DNA of 57,475 bases, the filler included, from Basidioascus undulatus (Eukaryota): the NCBI GenBank assembly GCA_000826855.1. It is 3 parts of 3 records of this genome, joined end to end, with 100 filler letters (N's around TTAATTAATTAA, not from the genome) between each part and the next. Parts side by side here need not be neighbours in the genome. Positions count along the whole stretch, not along the records: positions 1 to 19,118 come from JTLS01000435.1; 2 more parts are not named here. One strand, written 5' to 3'. Shown piece after piece: positions 1 to 12,501 of the stretch; within the stretch, counting starts at the first letter, position 1, and each line of letters opens with the position of its first letter. Under the pieces are notes generated by a model. That model had not been told where the DNA came from. It did no database searches and worked only from the letters and a program-made list of their open reading frames with translations. Position numbers and translations under genes: made by a program.

Positions 1-17
1 GAGGGGAGGAAGCGCAC

Positions 18-157
18 CGGGACGGGTACCACTCCCAGCCGATAGCCTCGAGCGCCCAGTCGGGGAGGAGCGCCCAGAGGAGGAAGAGCACTGCGATCGG
101 CGGGAGCGCAACGAGCGCTACGAAGCCGGGAATGTCCGCCCGCGGTTCGGCGGGCAT
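18..157 (-). CDS. GPI19: GPI-GlcNAc transferase subunit PIG-P/Gpi19, first exon; gene continues off the window start
   Basis: Manual translation MPAEPRADIPGFVALVALPPIAVLFLLWALLPDWALEAIGWEWYPSR matches the PIG-P pattern (GF..., LLWA.LP...L...G..YP.R); followed by donor GTGCGC at 17-12. Confidence 0.8.
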
Positions 158-328
158 CGCATCGTAAACCGCGACTGTATGGAATGGATGCGGGCGGGAG
201 GGCAAGAGATTGCCGGCGATCTCGCGCTGACGCAGCTTGACCTTCGAACCTCCGCCAGCGTCTTCTCGCTTCCTACCGCCATCTCCTGCTCCTCCCCGGT
301 TTTCAATAGACGGCCTAATCTGGATCGA

Positions 329-591
329 ATGGCCAAGGCAGAGGACACCCTGCCCCAGCCGTTCCCGCCCGAGACGTGGGAGGCCGTCTATGCGCTCGCG
401 CGGACGCCGGGGGACGCGCTGGGCGCGAAGGTCCGCGACGCGCTGGAGGTTGTTGAGGGGGCGCTTAGGGAGTATGGGTGAGTATTATCCTGCGGTGGGC
501 TGTGCGAGGTCGGCTGGCGGGGATGAGAACGCTGAGCGTCTTCCCTGCAGAGCCGACGCCGTAGCGATGTCCTTCAACGGTGGTAAAGACT
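329..591 (+). CDS. FAD1: FAD synthetase (PAPS-reductase family) N-terminal part only; exons 329-477 and 551-~591
   Basis: MAKAED...[30 protein letters not shown]; the [10 protein letters not shown]-loop is typical of Fad1. Intron 478-550 is GTGAGT..CTGAG..CAG. The rest of the protein is absent. Confidence 0.8.
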
Positions 592-626
592 GTGTGTCCC
601 CCTCCCCCTCCCCGTGCGTTTGCCAG

Positions 627-1674
627 CTCATCGCGATCGCGACGAACGGGCGCATCGTCCCGCGCTTCGAGGACCTCTCGGCGGAAAAGCTCGGGCGCGC
701 GGGGATCGTGCGCGAGATGTCGTTTGGCACGACGCGCGACAAGATGCTCGTCATCGAGGAGTGCGCAAACTCGCGCGCCGTCACCGTGTTTGTCAGGGGG
801 TCGAACAAGATGGTGCTTCTTCCGCTTCCCTGGCAGGAGGAGAAGGAAAGGATGCTGAGATATGGGTGTTGGGGGTGGGTGGAACGGAACAGATTATCGA
901 CGAGGCCAAGCGTTCGCTGCACGACGCCATCTGCGTCGTCCGCAACCTTGTCGTCGACAACCGCGTCGTCTACGGCGGTGGCGCGGCCGAGATCAGCTGC
1001 GCGGTGGCCGTGTCCAAGGTCGCTGACGAGGTTCGTCCCCTCCTCCCACCCTCTCACCCCCACCCGTCTTCCCTCCTCCCATCCCTTTTCTCTCCCGACC
1101 TTTGAGACGGTGAGGGGGAGGGGTGGACGAAGCGACTGGAATCTGACTTATGTGTGGGTGTTTCCAGACGGCGACGATCGAGCAGTACGCGATGCGCGCG
1201 TTCGCGTCCGCGCTCGACGCGATCCCGCTCGCGCTCGCGGAGAACTCGGGGCTGAGCCCGATCGAGACGCTCGCAGAGGTCAAGAGCCGTCAGGTGAACG
1301 AGGGCAACTCGCGCTTGGGGATCGACTGCATGGGGAGGGGCCACAACGGTGCGTTCCTTCCTCCACCTCCTCTTCTTTTTCCTTGCCATCCATCTCTTCT
1401 CTCTTGCGCGCTTGGGATGGTGGGGTGGTGGGATGGAAGACTGATGTGTGAGGGAAACGGTGACAGACATGAAGGCGCAGAACGTCCACGACCCGCTCAT
1501 CTCCAAGCGGCAGCAGTACCTCCTTGCGACGCAGCTGGTGCGCGCTCTCCTGAAAATCGACGGTGTGTCACCTGGCGATCCTTCTTTTGCTTTGTCTCTG
1601 TCTGCCTTTTCTGGTGCTGACATGGGACGCTGGATGTTGCAGATGTGATCCAGGCTGGAGAGGTCGACGAGTGA
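627..1674 (+). CDS. CCT5: T-complex protein 1 subunit epsilon (CCT5), C-terminal part only; exons 627-812, 893-1030, 1168-1348, 1467-1562, 1643-1674
   Basis: [95 protein letters not shown]...[21 protein letters not shown]...LGIDCM...[21 protein letters not shown] introns in phase. Confidence 0.95.
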
Positions 1675-2250
1675 AAGGGTTGAAGAGGGTTTGGGGCAGG
1701 CGGGCGCGTTGCGATGGGCTGGCAGGGAGGGTGGCGCCGGTACAGCATCATAATGCACCTTTAGACGCGACTTGCGAGTGGATGTCTAGCGGAGTGCGGT
1801 GCAAGATTAGGCGGCGTCTCGCGCCCCAGCGCTATAAACGAAGACTTCTTCGGCCTCCTTTATCTCAGAGCCGCAGATCGCTCAGAAGTGAGAGGTTGTA
1901 GACTGGACAAATTCAGCGGGGCGTAGGGATGCGGGACCGAGGACGGGGCAGACGGGGGGACTTTCACCGGGCGACCGAACTTCCAGCACACTATTACGAG
2001 CAAGGGCGTCTGTCTCGGTAGTCAGCAATCGCTGATCTTACTCTTCTTTAGGGTGGCATTGAGCGCTCAAATTAAAACATCAACCGATCAGCACTCCGGG
2101 CGTGCGTAGCACGCGCCTCGGGGTGAGAAGCCGCACATTCCAGTCCTCGCCCGCATCCGCCGCTTCTCGCCACTCTCCTCTTTTCTTTATCCTTCCACGC
2201 CACGTCGTTTCTCCAAAGTTTGAAGAACCATCGTCTCCGCCGCGCCCTTT

Positions 2251-2805
2251 CGCGCCTCTGCAGTGTTGCGTCGCCCTACGGTGTCGAATGGCGCATCTCG
2301 CTTGTCTCGCTCACTGACAATCCGCAGATCGCTCGGTGCTCCATACAAGACTGAAGACCTAAAAGTCAAGACCCAAGAGTCAACATTTGGCCCGTTCTTT
2401 TGCGCCTCTAAAGTGTTGCGTTGCTCTACGGAGCTGTCGAAAGTCGCGAGCTGTTCAACTCATCTTCGATCCTCGCTGCGCAGGTCGTTTGGGATCCCAC
2501 GGCCTCAACGGCCTTATCCTATTATTCCTTAGAGACCAGTGGTATCAGCATTTCCTTCACGCCCCTTAGCGCCTCCTCAAGGTTGCGCTGCTCCATGGAG
2601 CTATCGAAAATGAGTGCATCTTGCTTCTGCTCAACTCACCCACTATCCGCAGACCACTATCTCGCTGGGTCAAAGGCCCAAGAAAAAACAATCAAGACTC
2701 AACATGTCCCTCCTCTATTGTCTTCCCTCAGGGTTGCGTCGCTCTACGTCGCCGTCGAATGTCGGATGGAGCTTTATGCGCTTGCGCAAACCTGTCAACT
2801 CGCAG
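2251..2805. repeat. Four degenerate ~150-167 bp tandem units
   Basis: Shared core GTTGCG.(T/C)GC.C.A.GG...TCGAA at 2265, 2415, 2582 and 2733; each unit ends in CGCAG (2327, 2483, 2652, 2805). Confidence 0.7.
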
Positions 2806-5800
2806 AACATTCCGCTCCAAGAACGCTCGAGGTGTTCACTGTAACTATCTCTTGACCAGGCGGCACCATCCACCCCGCATGAGTTTCTTCAGCCTCTCTT
2901 TCTGTCAGAGACTTCTCCAGTTCCAGTCCAGTAGTTGATCAAATGACTGTCCACGGGTCTCGAAGACGGCCCCGTCGTCGGCGGGACGTATTGTATCAAA
3001 TGAAGCGCGACGCCCGCTTTCGAAAAGGCCGGGGGTTGCCGCGTCTCGAATGGAGGAGCGCAACAGGTTCGGGGGTGTCCCAGAGAGTGTTCTCCTCAAG
3101 GAAATACTCCAGACCAGCGGATGAGCAGGAAGTTGCTGACGACGCCATGAAGACAGCATGTCAGATCTGTCCTTAGAGCTCGGTTTCCCACCAAGAAGGT
3201 CTCTGTGCCTGAACTGATGAGTCAGAAACATATGCATGATAATTACAAAAATTCACATCCTCGCCAATCAACCGAAACTCTTGAAGATGAGTACTGACGG
3301 CCGAAGAACCAAATCTCACCGCTAGGCGCTGCAAGTGCGGTTGCTGCACTAGCACCCGAAGAACCACCGATGACCGGGAGAGTCCATAAATGCAGGACTG
3401 AAAGCACGAAAATTTCCGGTGCATACAGAGGTGGCAAGTGCGATGGCTGCGATATTGGCCATTGCAGCGTCGACGGGATCGAATAGTAAGACGGTGCAAT
3501 GGTGTGCCGGGAAGTCCGAGGAGGCATAACAGTGACCTTCAGGTTAAATTGGTTTGGGAAAAACTGTAGGCCTGTATCATCCTACCCTATCCGTAGCTTC
3601 CGCTTACTTCGTTTTCCTGTGACTTCCAGCTTTCCCTCCGTTACTAGATACCTTCGGCTTGCAGTCTCTCATTTTCTCGGGCAGCACTCTACTTCCCCGT
3701 GTACCACCCTTTTCCCCCTGTATCAGCTCTCAGGCAGCCTGAGCTCCCCAATGGTCAAAGGATTGACGCCTCTGCGCATTTCAAATTTTGCCTTTTGTTC
3801 TCATCGCTCTCGTCCGGGGAGCGACGAAGCGAAGAGTGAAGTTATGTGCATGCATTAAGGTCCTTTACACCCTCAACCCCACAGTGGGCTCACAGGCTAA
3901 CGTTGGCCACTGCCAGCGTGACCATGCGCTGGCCCAGAATCCTTCCGCGATGCGGAACATCCTCTGTTGCAGTGATGCCCGGTATCTTGGGTCGCATTAG
4001 ATTGCGGAAAAATGTCCGAAATTTCAATATATACACAGAACTGTCATAGGGTGAAACTTTGTCGCTGCCAGAGATCACACACAAATTCAGTCTTTCTGTG
4101 AGACCGCAGACTCATGCGTAAGATATTGCTTCGCTTAAGTGGGAACGTTACCACCTCACCGGAACGGCCCAAATAAGATTCCAAACAGGGCTGTTGCGGT
4201 CGTACGCGCGCTGTGTTGTTACGGAGGGCGCACCAGACTGCAAACACAGATGATCTCCGAACATGCGATGAAACTTGTGCTCGGCGTTGAGGACCACCAA
4301 GTATCTGCGTGTATAAGTGGTAAACGACTTCAGCCGCAAGCTTCCACACCGCACAATGGTGTGGCACCCTCCTACGCACAGGTTCAGGCGGTCTTTTGGT
4401 GCACGCTCGGTCCTGTGCGGAAAGGACGTCGGGAAGTCCCGGTCGTTGGGTGAACCTGCGGCCGGCGGCTGAGATGATCCCAGGCCGGGATCCTAAATCT
4501 TCTGTAGGAAGAAGTCGCTGTTGGTCCGGTACTCGAGGTACCGCTCTTGATCGGGGTCGTAGCGTTGAAATTTCATTGACACAACCGGTCGGCGTTTCTC
4601 CAGGTCCCACTGCAAGAAGCGACATCTCCGCTGCGGTTTTATCGTCCACGGTTGATACAGAACAAATAGTACGTCTCCCAAGCGGCGAGGAGGCTTGCGT
4701 TGACTGCTCCAAGAACGGTCAACCGGCGGAGCTCTGGGAACAGATGTTTATCGCGCTCACGCAGCAAGGGGTGGTTCAGGGTGAAGTCCGAGGGGACAAT
4801 TCCAAATTCCTTCAGGCCTCTGTCTGTCATGACATTCTGTCAGATATGAGACAACCGCAAACCAGGACCGGGTTCAAGGGATCAACAAGCGCACTCACAG
4901 TGCCCTCCCTCAGTCCTTCATCCTCATAGCTGTTGACCATACGGGAAACCTTGTCACTCGCCTCACAATGATTCTGCAGGAAGCACCCTGGGTCCCTCTT
5001 CCACACCCAGTCGAGGAGACCCTGCGGCTCCGGGGCGGCATCATCGCCCTCGTACGGCGGGTAGTACATGCCGGCGGTTGTACTCGCCCCAGTTCCATGG
5101 AACACAGATGGGAGAGTGGAACACGATTTCGAACATGGCTTCGCTGGGAGCTCGATGATCTGCGGTGAGAAGGTGCGGATGAGGGGAAGAGAAAGGCAGG
5201 GCGACACTTGGTATCTAACGGCTGTGGAGAAAGTCCTCGAGCTTTCTGAAACCACTCTTGCAGAAGGAGTCAAGCCGTTCAGGATGAGACTGGCATTTAC
5301 GTCTTTACCCCTTGATTCTGACGGCATATCTGCTAGATGAACCATGACTTAAGTCATCCTCCGCTAGAAACTTGGAGGCGAAGAACCTCCATACAACATG
5401 CGACGACTTCAGTCCCTCCCGATGTCAACGGAGTACCTCACAATGTCTGTTGAGAGTGTAGCTGAACACATGATGGCAGGAAGTCACTCGTTCAATCCGT
5501 GTTCGAAACTCGGTACAGCGACAGTCAACAGCGAGGAGGGCTTGTGAGGATGATTCTTGGCTTGAATAATACAGCAAGTTACGCACGCCTGGATTTCCGG
5601 TAGGTTACAAGATAAGACCTGCCTCAGCTAGGATAGGCTTGAATGTTGGATTAACACGAAAGCCCAACCGTCTTCCACACACGCAGTATAGGGCCATGGA
5701 ACAGCGATCATGTCATTGGACGCCGGGCGCTCCGCCGTCTTTTGCAGTCGAATTTCCGCGTGCCTGCACCCTCCGTGCCTGCCGTGCACATACAGCGCAC

Positions 5801-6085
5801 TTTGCAGCAACAAAGGCCAAGTAACAGCGCTGTTGAGCAAAGAAAACAGAAGTTATGTTCCCAGCCAACCGGCTGCAGTTCTTACAACCTGATGTTTAAC
5901 AACTTCTCAGCGATTGGCTCAGGCCCTTCTGCGGCTCGCTGTTACGCGGAAATGCCGATCCGGACCGGGTCCTCGCCTGTCCTCGCGCCTTCGTTGCTCC
6001 GCCTTCATCGACCCCGCACAGCGCCTCCCCCTTCCTCCTTGCCCTTCTCCCCGTTCCACCCCCCCTCCTCGCTATCTCAGCCGCC

Positions 6086-7586
6086 ATGCTTGCCATCCGC
6101 TCCTCCCAGCGCATCGCCGCCGCCGCCCCGCGCGCCGCCGCGGCCTTCTCCACCTCGGCGGCTGCCCGCTTCGCTACCCCGGCGGAGGAGGGTCCCGGGT
6201 CAGCCAAGAAGCCGCTCAATAAGACCTTCCAAATCTACCGCTGGGTTAGTCGAGCTGACTTTATCACAGCCGTGGGTTGTCTGGGAGGCGCACATGAGGG
6301 CCGGGCGTGACGGGAGAGGGACATGGTCATGTGCTCCCGATCAGCATCGCTGAGCGTCTTCCGTCTCCCTCCCCCTGCACGCAGAACCCGGACAAGCCCA
6401 CCGAGAAGCCCCGCCTGCAGTCCTACACCCTCGACCTTAACACCACCGGGCCAATGGTGCTCGATGCGCTCATGTTCGTCCATCTGTTCTTCCCTAAGTC
6501 CCCCCGCCGCTCCGTAGCGCTGACGATCGGGCCCTCCGCCACACGCTCTCGCCTCCGATCTCCCACAGCAAGATCAAGAACGAGATCGACCCCACGCTCA
6601 CCTTCCGCCGCTCGTGCCGCGAGGGCATCTGCGGCTCCTGCGCGATGAACATCGACGGCCAGAACACGCTCGCGTGCCTGTGCCGCATCGACCGGAACGA
6701 ATCCAAGGGCTCGAAGATCTACCCCCTCCCGCACAGTACGCACTTCTCTCCCCTCATTCCACCCGGCGGCATGCTGATCCTTCTCCTGGTGTGGCAAAGT
6801 GTTCATCGTCAAGGACCTCGTGCCTGACATGACCCAGTTCTACAAGCAGTACAAGTCGATCGAGCCCTACCTGCAGTCGGACAACGTCCCCGAAGGCCGC
6901 GAGCACCTCCAGAGCCCCGAGGACCGCAAGAAGCTGGACGGCATGTACGAGTGCATTCTCGTGAGTGTCGTTCCGTCTATGGGTTTGGGGATGGTCGCTC
7001 ATGATGTGTAACGCGAAAACAGTGCGCGTGCTGCTCGACCTCTTGCCCGTCCTACTGGTGGAACCAGGACCAGTACCTCGGCCCGGCTGTCCTGATGCAG
7101 AGGTGGGTGTTGCCTTTCTTCCTTCCCCCTTCCCTGGTCCTCGTCTTTGCACGCTCTCCCCTCACCCATCCCCTGGCGTCTTCCCTCTCGCTCCCGTCTC
7201 GCTTCTCCTCACCTTTCTAACACTCCCGGACACGACGTACTCGCCCCACCCCTATCCCCTCTTGCCACAGCTACCGCTGGATCGCGGACTCGCGTGACTC
7301 GAAGGGCAAGGAGCGCAAGGAGAAGCTCGAGAACGAGTTCTCCGTCTACCGCTGCCACACCATCTTCAACTGTGGGTCCTCTTCTCTCCCCTCTCCCAAA
7401 ATACCACCACCATTTCACTAACCGCGCGTCTTCCTCGATCAGGCACCCGAACCTGCCCCAAGGGCCTCAACCCCGCCAAGGCGATCGGTGCGTCTCCCTC
7501 TTCTCATCGCCTGAGATGGAACCTTCTCGTTGACATCTGCCCGTAATTCAGCCCACATTAAGGCGGAGATGGCCACCGGCGCGTGA
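6086..7586 (+). CDS. SDH2: Succinate dehydrogenase iron-sulfur subunit, 8 exons (6086-6244, 6385-6473, 6569-6735, 6800-6960, 7023-7102, 7271-7371, ~7443-7487, 7552-7586)
   Basis: Mitochondrial presequence; [86 protein letters not shown]e-S motifs. Confidence 0.98.
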
Positions 7587-10500
7587 GGTGGTGTAGCGGG
7601 GCGTGCCGCTGCTGGGAGTTGCTTGCTCGGTGTCGGCGAGCAGGGGCGATGGGAGTCGCCGCGCGCGAGTTGTATTGTAATGACACACTTCCTTCTTTTC
7701 TTCGAGATTCAAAAAGAGCATTTACTAGAGCGACGGGCGCGCGAGCGTGTGGGTGTGGAGTCGTGCGAACGGTCCGTGCTGCAGGAACCCGGGCTGGGCG
7801 CTGGCGATGGCTCTTACTAACGGGGCTCTTCTCGTCGTCGTTGCGACCATTCAACGGTCTATCGACCACCTCTCGGTCATGTCGCATTCGCGTCTCGCGC
7901 TTCGTACATCACCGCGCCCAGTCAACCAGCTCGCTCACCACGTCCTTCGATCGACCCGCGCCATACTCTTACCCTCACAATGCCCCTTGCTTACCTCCGT
8001 CCACCCCGTCCCCTCCCAGCGCCACCGCCCCGCAGCACGGCCTTCCCCAGCGCATCCCACACCTGCCCCGCCTCCGCGCGCTGCTCCTTCAGCTCCCCAA
8101 AGCTGCGCATATCGTCCGGCTGCAGCGGGCGGTTCCCGCTCCGCGCCCGTCCAGACTTCGAGCGGTGGCATACGCATCGCGGACAGCGCGGCGAGCTCGC
8201 GGTGGATCTGGTGCGTGAAGAGGTCGAGGGCGAGGTCGTTCTTGGGGAAAGGAAAAGGGTTCAGCGATTGGTGTGAGGAAGGAATGAGGAAGGAAGGAGA
8301 GAGGTGAGGTACCGAGTCGTAGCCGAATCTGGGGCGATACCGGGAGATGGTAAGCCGTAGCTCGCATTGGTTAAGAGGAAAACCGGAATACTTGCGGGTT
8401 CTCCATCTCTTCGCCGAGGGAGAGGAGGTCGATGAACAGGAACGATCCGATCCCGACAGTTTTCAAGTCAGACGGTCAGATGAGATCCAGGACGACTTGA
8501 GGCCTCGAAGGGTGGCGCCTGCCTACCTGGGATAGTCACCCACTGCAGCAAATTGACGAGCTGGCTGTGTGGGAGTAAAGACGCTGTGAGTGCGAACCTT
8601 TTGGAGGTCTTTACCCCCGGCATCGCTTACAATGGCAGGATCAGGAGGTACAGCCAGCTGCGAGGGAGTATCAGTGGGTTTGCGACGATTTGCAGGTTGA
8701 ACGTCGACGTACACCCCCACTACTCGGAGCAGCCGGCGACCAATAAGCGCAATGTGACCCATGTCCTCTCAGGAGAGGTCACTTACCAATTGGAAGGAGT
8801 AGGAAAAGGTGATCGGAGTCGTGAGAACTGCATTGGTGAGCCGCTTTCAGCTTGGACGTAAACAGGCCGACAAGTATCTCGTTCCAGATTGCCGAGGGCA
8901 TCGTTCATGGCGAGGACGGCGTTCAATAGGGCTGTAAGGTTCTTTGGCTTAGCCCGGGACGATGCAGTACGTTGCGTAAGAGATTACGCACCTGTAATAA
9001 TGCATGAATCGACAGGTTTGCGCTCGTTGAGCGCACCGACGTAGGCACACTGCGTCGGGTTAGACGTTGCTCAGTGCAAATGCCCTGCCCACAGCAGGGA
9101 TCTAGGTCGTATGAGGTGTACCGATATCTCAAGCGGGATGCTTCAGATTCCGTTCATTTGGTTTCAGGATTACGCTACACAACAGCACTATAACAGAAGC
9201 ACTTGTGGCCGACGACCCGATGCTGCGCTCTCCGTTTCGCGCCCCGCACGCCGCCGCCGCCCTTGCTCTTCCGGTCTTCCTAAGAGTTTCACGTTACAGA
9301 CCGCTCTCACTGCGCTCACGGCAACTCCTGCTCACCGGAACATCGAGAACAGACGTCCTGGGCGCTGTAGCCGGGCTTCTGATACGCCGGCTTCAGGCGG
9401 GGCGTCGGCTCGTCGAGCGGCAGAGCCGCTTCGAGGTCCACCCAAGTCCGTTGTGAGGTGGTGCTCTTCCGGAGCTGAGGCTCGGGCGATCCCGGATTAG
9501 GCGGAGTGAGCTTGCCGTTCTGTGGGGACTGGGGTGCTTTCTGCTTTGGAGGGGATGGGGGGTAGGAGAAAGGGCCTTGGGTGTCGGGCTGCGCCGTAGA
9601 ATAACGGCGGAGGAACGAGACGTGGCGGTACACTGTGCCGTAAGACCTTTGTGATTACGTTAGATCTGGGCGTGAGCACGCTCACACACGATCTTCGTAT
9701 TCGATTCCGTCCTCGCCGCGAAGATAACTGCGGGCGAAACAGAGAATCAGAACCCTTGTCGCTTGCGGCTCGGACTGCAGTGCATACTGCTTCGTAGAGC
9801 AAGCAAAGGAATCGAGCAGGTTGAGGATCGTCTTCTTCTCGAAGTACACAGCATTCATTCTCCTCGTCAGCTTTGAGGTTATGCACCAGTCCGCGACGGT
9901 CGAAGACAGCGCACCAGGCTCTGCAGCTCATCCTCGTCCTTTTCTTCCTCTGACCGCTCGTCATTCTCGCCCTTGCTCTTATCGGGTGGAGCCGAAAGGC
10001 GGTTCGTAAGGCTGGATTGTGAGATATACGTCACCCCCTTCGTAATCAGTTTTCACAGCTTTTTCGGAATCTCGGAGAAAAGACGCACTGCATCCAAACG
10101 AGTCGGGAGAACGTGCGAATGGAGACGGCGAGCTGCGTCCAGAGTTTCCGACTGTCGGAGTAGCTGGGGGGTTAGGAGATCCGTTCAGCCTCAACTTTCA
10201 AGAAGAGATTATGAAGAATGGCAGACCGTTCTCAAGCAGAAGTGGCGCGGTAGGTATAGCCTATCTCGTTACATTCAGTGGTTTCAGCTGGGGCTCTATC
10301 GCGTGAGAGCAGAAGGACGCACTGAAACCCATGACCAGGCCGTATGCCGTCAGAGCGTTGCTCTTAATGCCCAGGTTGGTGCTCTCCAGCTGATCTATGC
10401 ACACGACGAGCGTCGCCCAGCTACCCACCCGAAGCTTCCTGTCAGGATGGCAGGCGTCGGGTTCGCAGCTCATACAGCGACACGCACCCGCACAGAACCA

Positions 10501-11358
10501 GAACCGACGGCCAGATTCCGGCCACCGATGTGGCTGTCAAGGCTTTTGTGAGCCTGTGCAGCATGAGGTGGCTGCTCGACGGCGTGTCGCCGCTGGAGCC
10601 GAGGTTGCTAGCATAGCCAAACGGAAGAGTTGTGATTTTGAGCCCTGCGGAAGGTACGTTAGGTGGTGCGGGCTGGCACGTAAAAATTGCATCCGTACAT
10701 GAATGGGTTTCCGGTTATTTGAAATGGATAAAGAAATGAGAGGGTGCAAAGGAAGAATCGACACGACGGGCATCAGGGCACTAGTTGTTGAAACTATGGA
10801 CGGCCACGAGTGATGCCCCGTCCCCACCGACCAAACAGAGCGTCATTGCCGCGACGGAGCGCATGTAGAGATGGTACCTCGAGTTGGAAATGAGTGAGAT
10901 ATTTAATTTGGCAAGATGATCTGATCCATGAATGAAAAGGTGTCCGTATTTGTGAAGCTGCTTCATGCGCACGAGGTTGATGGTGTGTTCTCTCCTTGCA
11001 AGGCTTGTGCAATCCCGCCTTGACGTACTTCCCGTCAATTTGTGAGTTCTCGTTAGGCTTAATGGTTTCCAGTCTGCCCCCTGAAGTCCCTTCTAGCCGT
11101 TCGGTATAAATGTAATGGCAAACGTGATTTCACAACAGCAGGAAGACAATGTTACAAAAGTACCTCGGGAACGTGCAAATGGGAATAAGAGAAGAGAAGG
11201 CACAGTGTGCTTTTAGGTACTTCATGGAGACGGGCCTTGAGCTGGAGAAACAAGGGAAACCCGTCAGACAACGGCAGCTGCGTTCCTGAAAGTGGCCATC
11301 ATCGGCTCAAAGGAGACTTACGAACGATGGAGTCGTCTCCATGCCCTGGACTTCGTGC

Positions 11359-11777
11359 TCAGTCCTTGTGATGATGCTTGTGACCGTGTCGCTTGTGGTC
11401 GTCGTCGTCCTTGCGATACTTGTGCTCGTCATGAACCTCAACCTTCTGGTAATCGTACTTCCTCCTGTGTGCGTCAAAAGTCAGTGGCCGTGCCACCGAT
11501 GCAACGTACGCCGGTGCACGCGCAGGCCCGTAGGCGGGCGGGTACGGGGGCGCAATGAGAACGGAGGGGCCTGCTGCTGCCCGAAGGGCAACGAGGGAGC
11601 ATTTTGGACAGAAAGTCTTGGGGTGCGCTGGCCCTCTCCTTGGTCCCTTGACGGCGCGTTCACACCGACTATGTCAAGCGTGTTGTCGAGCAGCCCGAAG
11701 GTGCCGAGAGGTTGCGGGGCGGCTACAACGAGGACGTAGGTGGAGGAAAGGCTGATGAGAAGCAGGGTGGACCGCAT
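11359..11777 (-). CDS. Small secreted protein (~94 aa) with His/Lys/Asp-rich C-terminus; proposed exons 11777-11666, 11576-11510, 11464-11359
   Basis: Signal-peptide-like MRSTLLLISLSSTYVLVVAAP; clear 45-nt intron GTACGT..CTGAC..CAG (11509-11465); last exon RKYDYQKVEVHDEHKYRKDDDDHKRHGHKHHHKD*. The first intron is inferred from frame only. Confidence 0.55.
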
Positions 11778-12501
11778 GTTGATCTTGGTGGACAATTTGA
11801 AACTTGGAGAGGATGGGAGAGGGTAAGAAAGTAGAGCAGCACCGGCTGTTGAAGGATCTTTTGTACTCGCATCCCGGTCGCCAGGGGCTTCCCGCCATGC
11901 CACCGGCAATGTTGATCGGGACAGGATGTGGAGCTGTTTCCAAAGTCTTCCTGACTCTGAATGGCTTGCACATATACACATCGGTCCCTGAGGTGGCTCT
12001 CCAAAACTCCGTTCGAGGAACGGGCAGCCGACCGAGTTCCGCAGACTTCCGCAGAGGCGTTCCCGGCCCCTAAGCCATTGCGGTTGTAGAATTGGTTTGA
12101 AACAGGAAATCTTGGTAAGTCAGAGTACCGGTAACACCAAACATTTGTCTAAACTGCACACACTGCGCTGTCTCGAGCGGGAGATGTCAGGAACAGACGA
12201 CATGTGTCTGTCAGAACGTCAGTGGAAACTCGATGCGCTTGAGTTCTGGTCTTCGATGTGCACGGAATTGAAGGAAAAATCTGCAAATGACGGATTCTTG
12301 AATGGAGCTGCAATTCAAGTCACAACCTCCCCGACGAGCTGAACGTGGACTTGTTCGCAATCTGGCACAGGCGGCGCGTGGTGTCTGGTCGCTCGCCTCT
12401 GCTGCCGTTCTGACTCTGCCCTCAACCACCACTAGCTCTGCCCATTTTCTCTGCTACTGCCCTCTTTCCGTACCCCCCACATACCATCAAACCACCCCAT
12501 C

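Noticed and set aside
2092..2125. GC hairpin (GCGTGC-GTA-GCACGC) as a Helitron 3' end
   Set aside because: No CTRR terminus at the expected distance and no Rep/helicase sequence seen.
2251..2805. CRISPR-like array
   Set aside because: Eukaryotic context, repeats too degenerate, spacers over 100 bp and related to each other, no cas genes.
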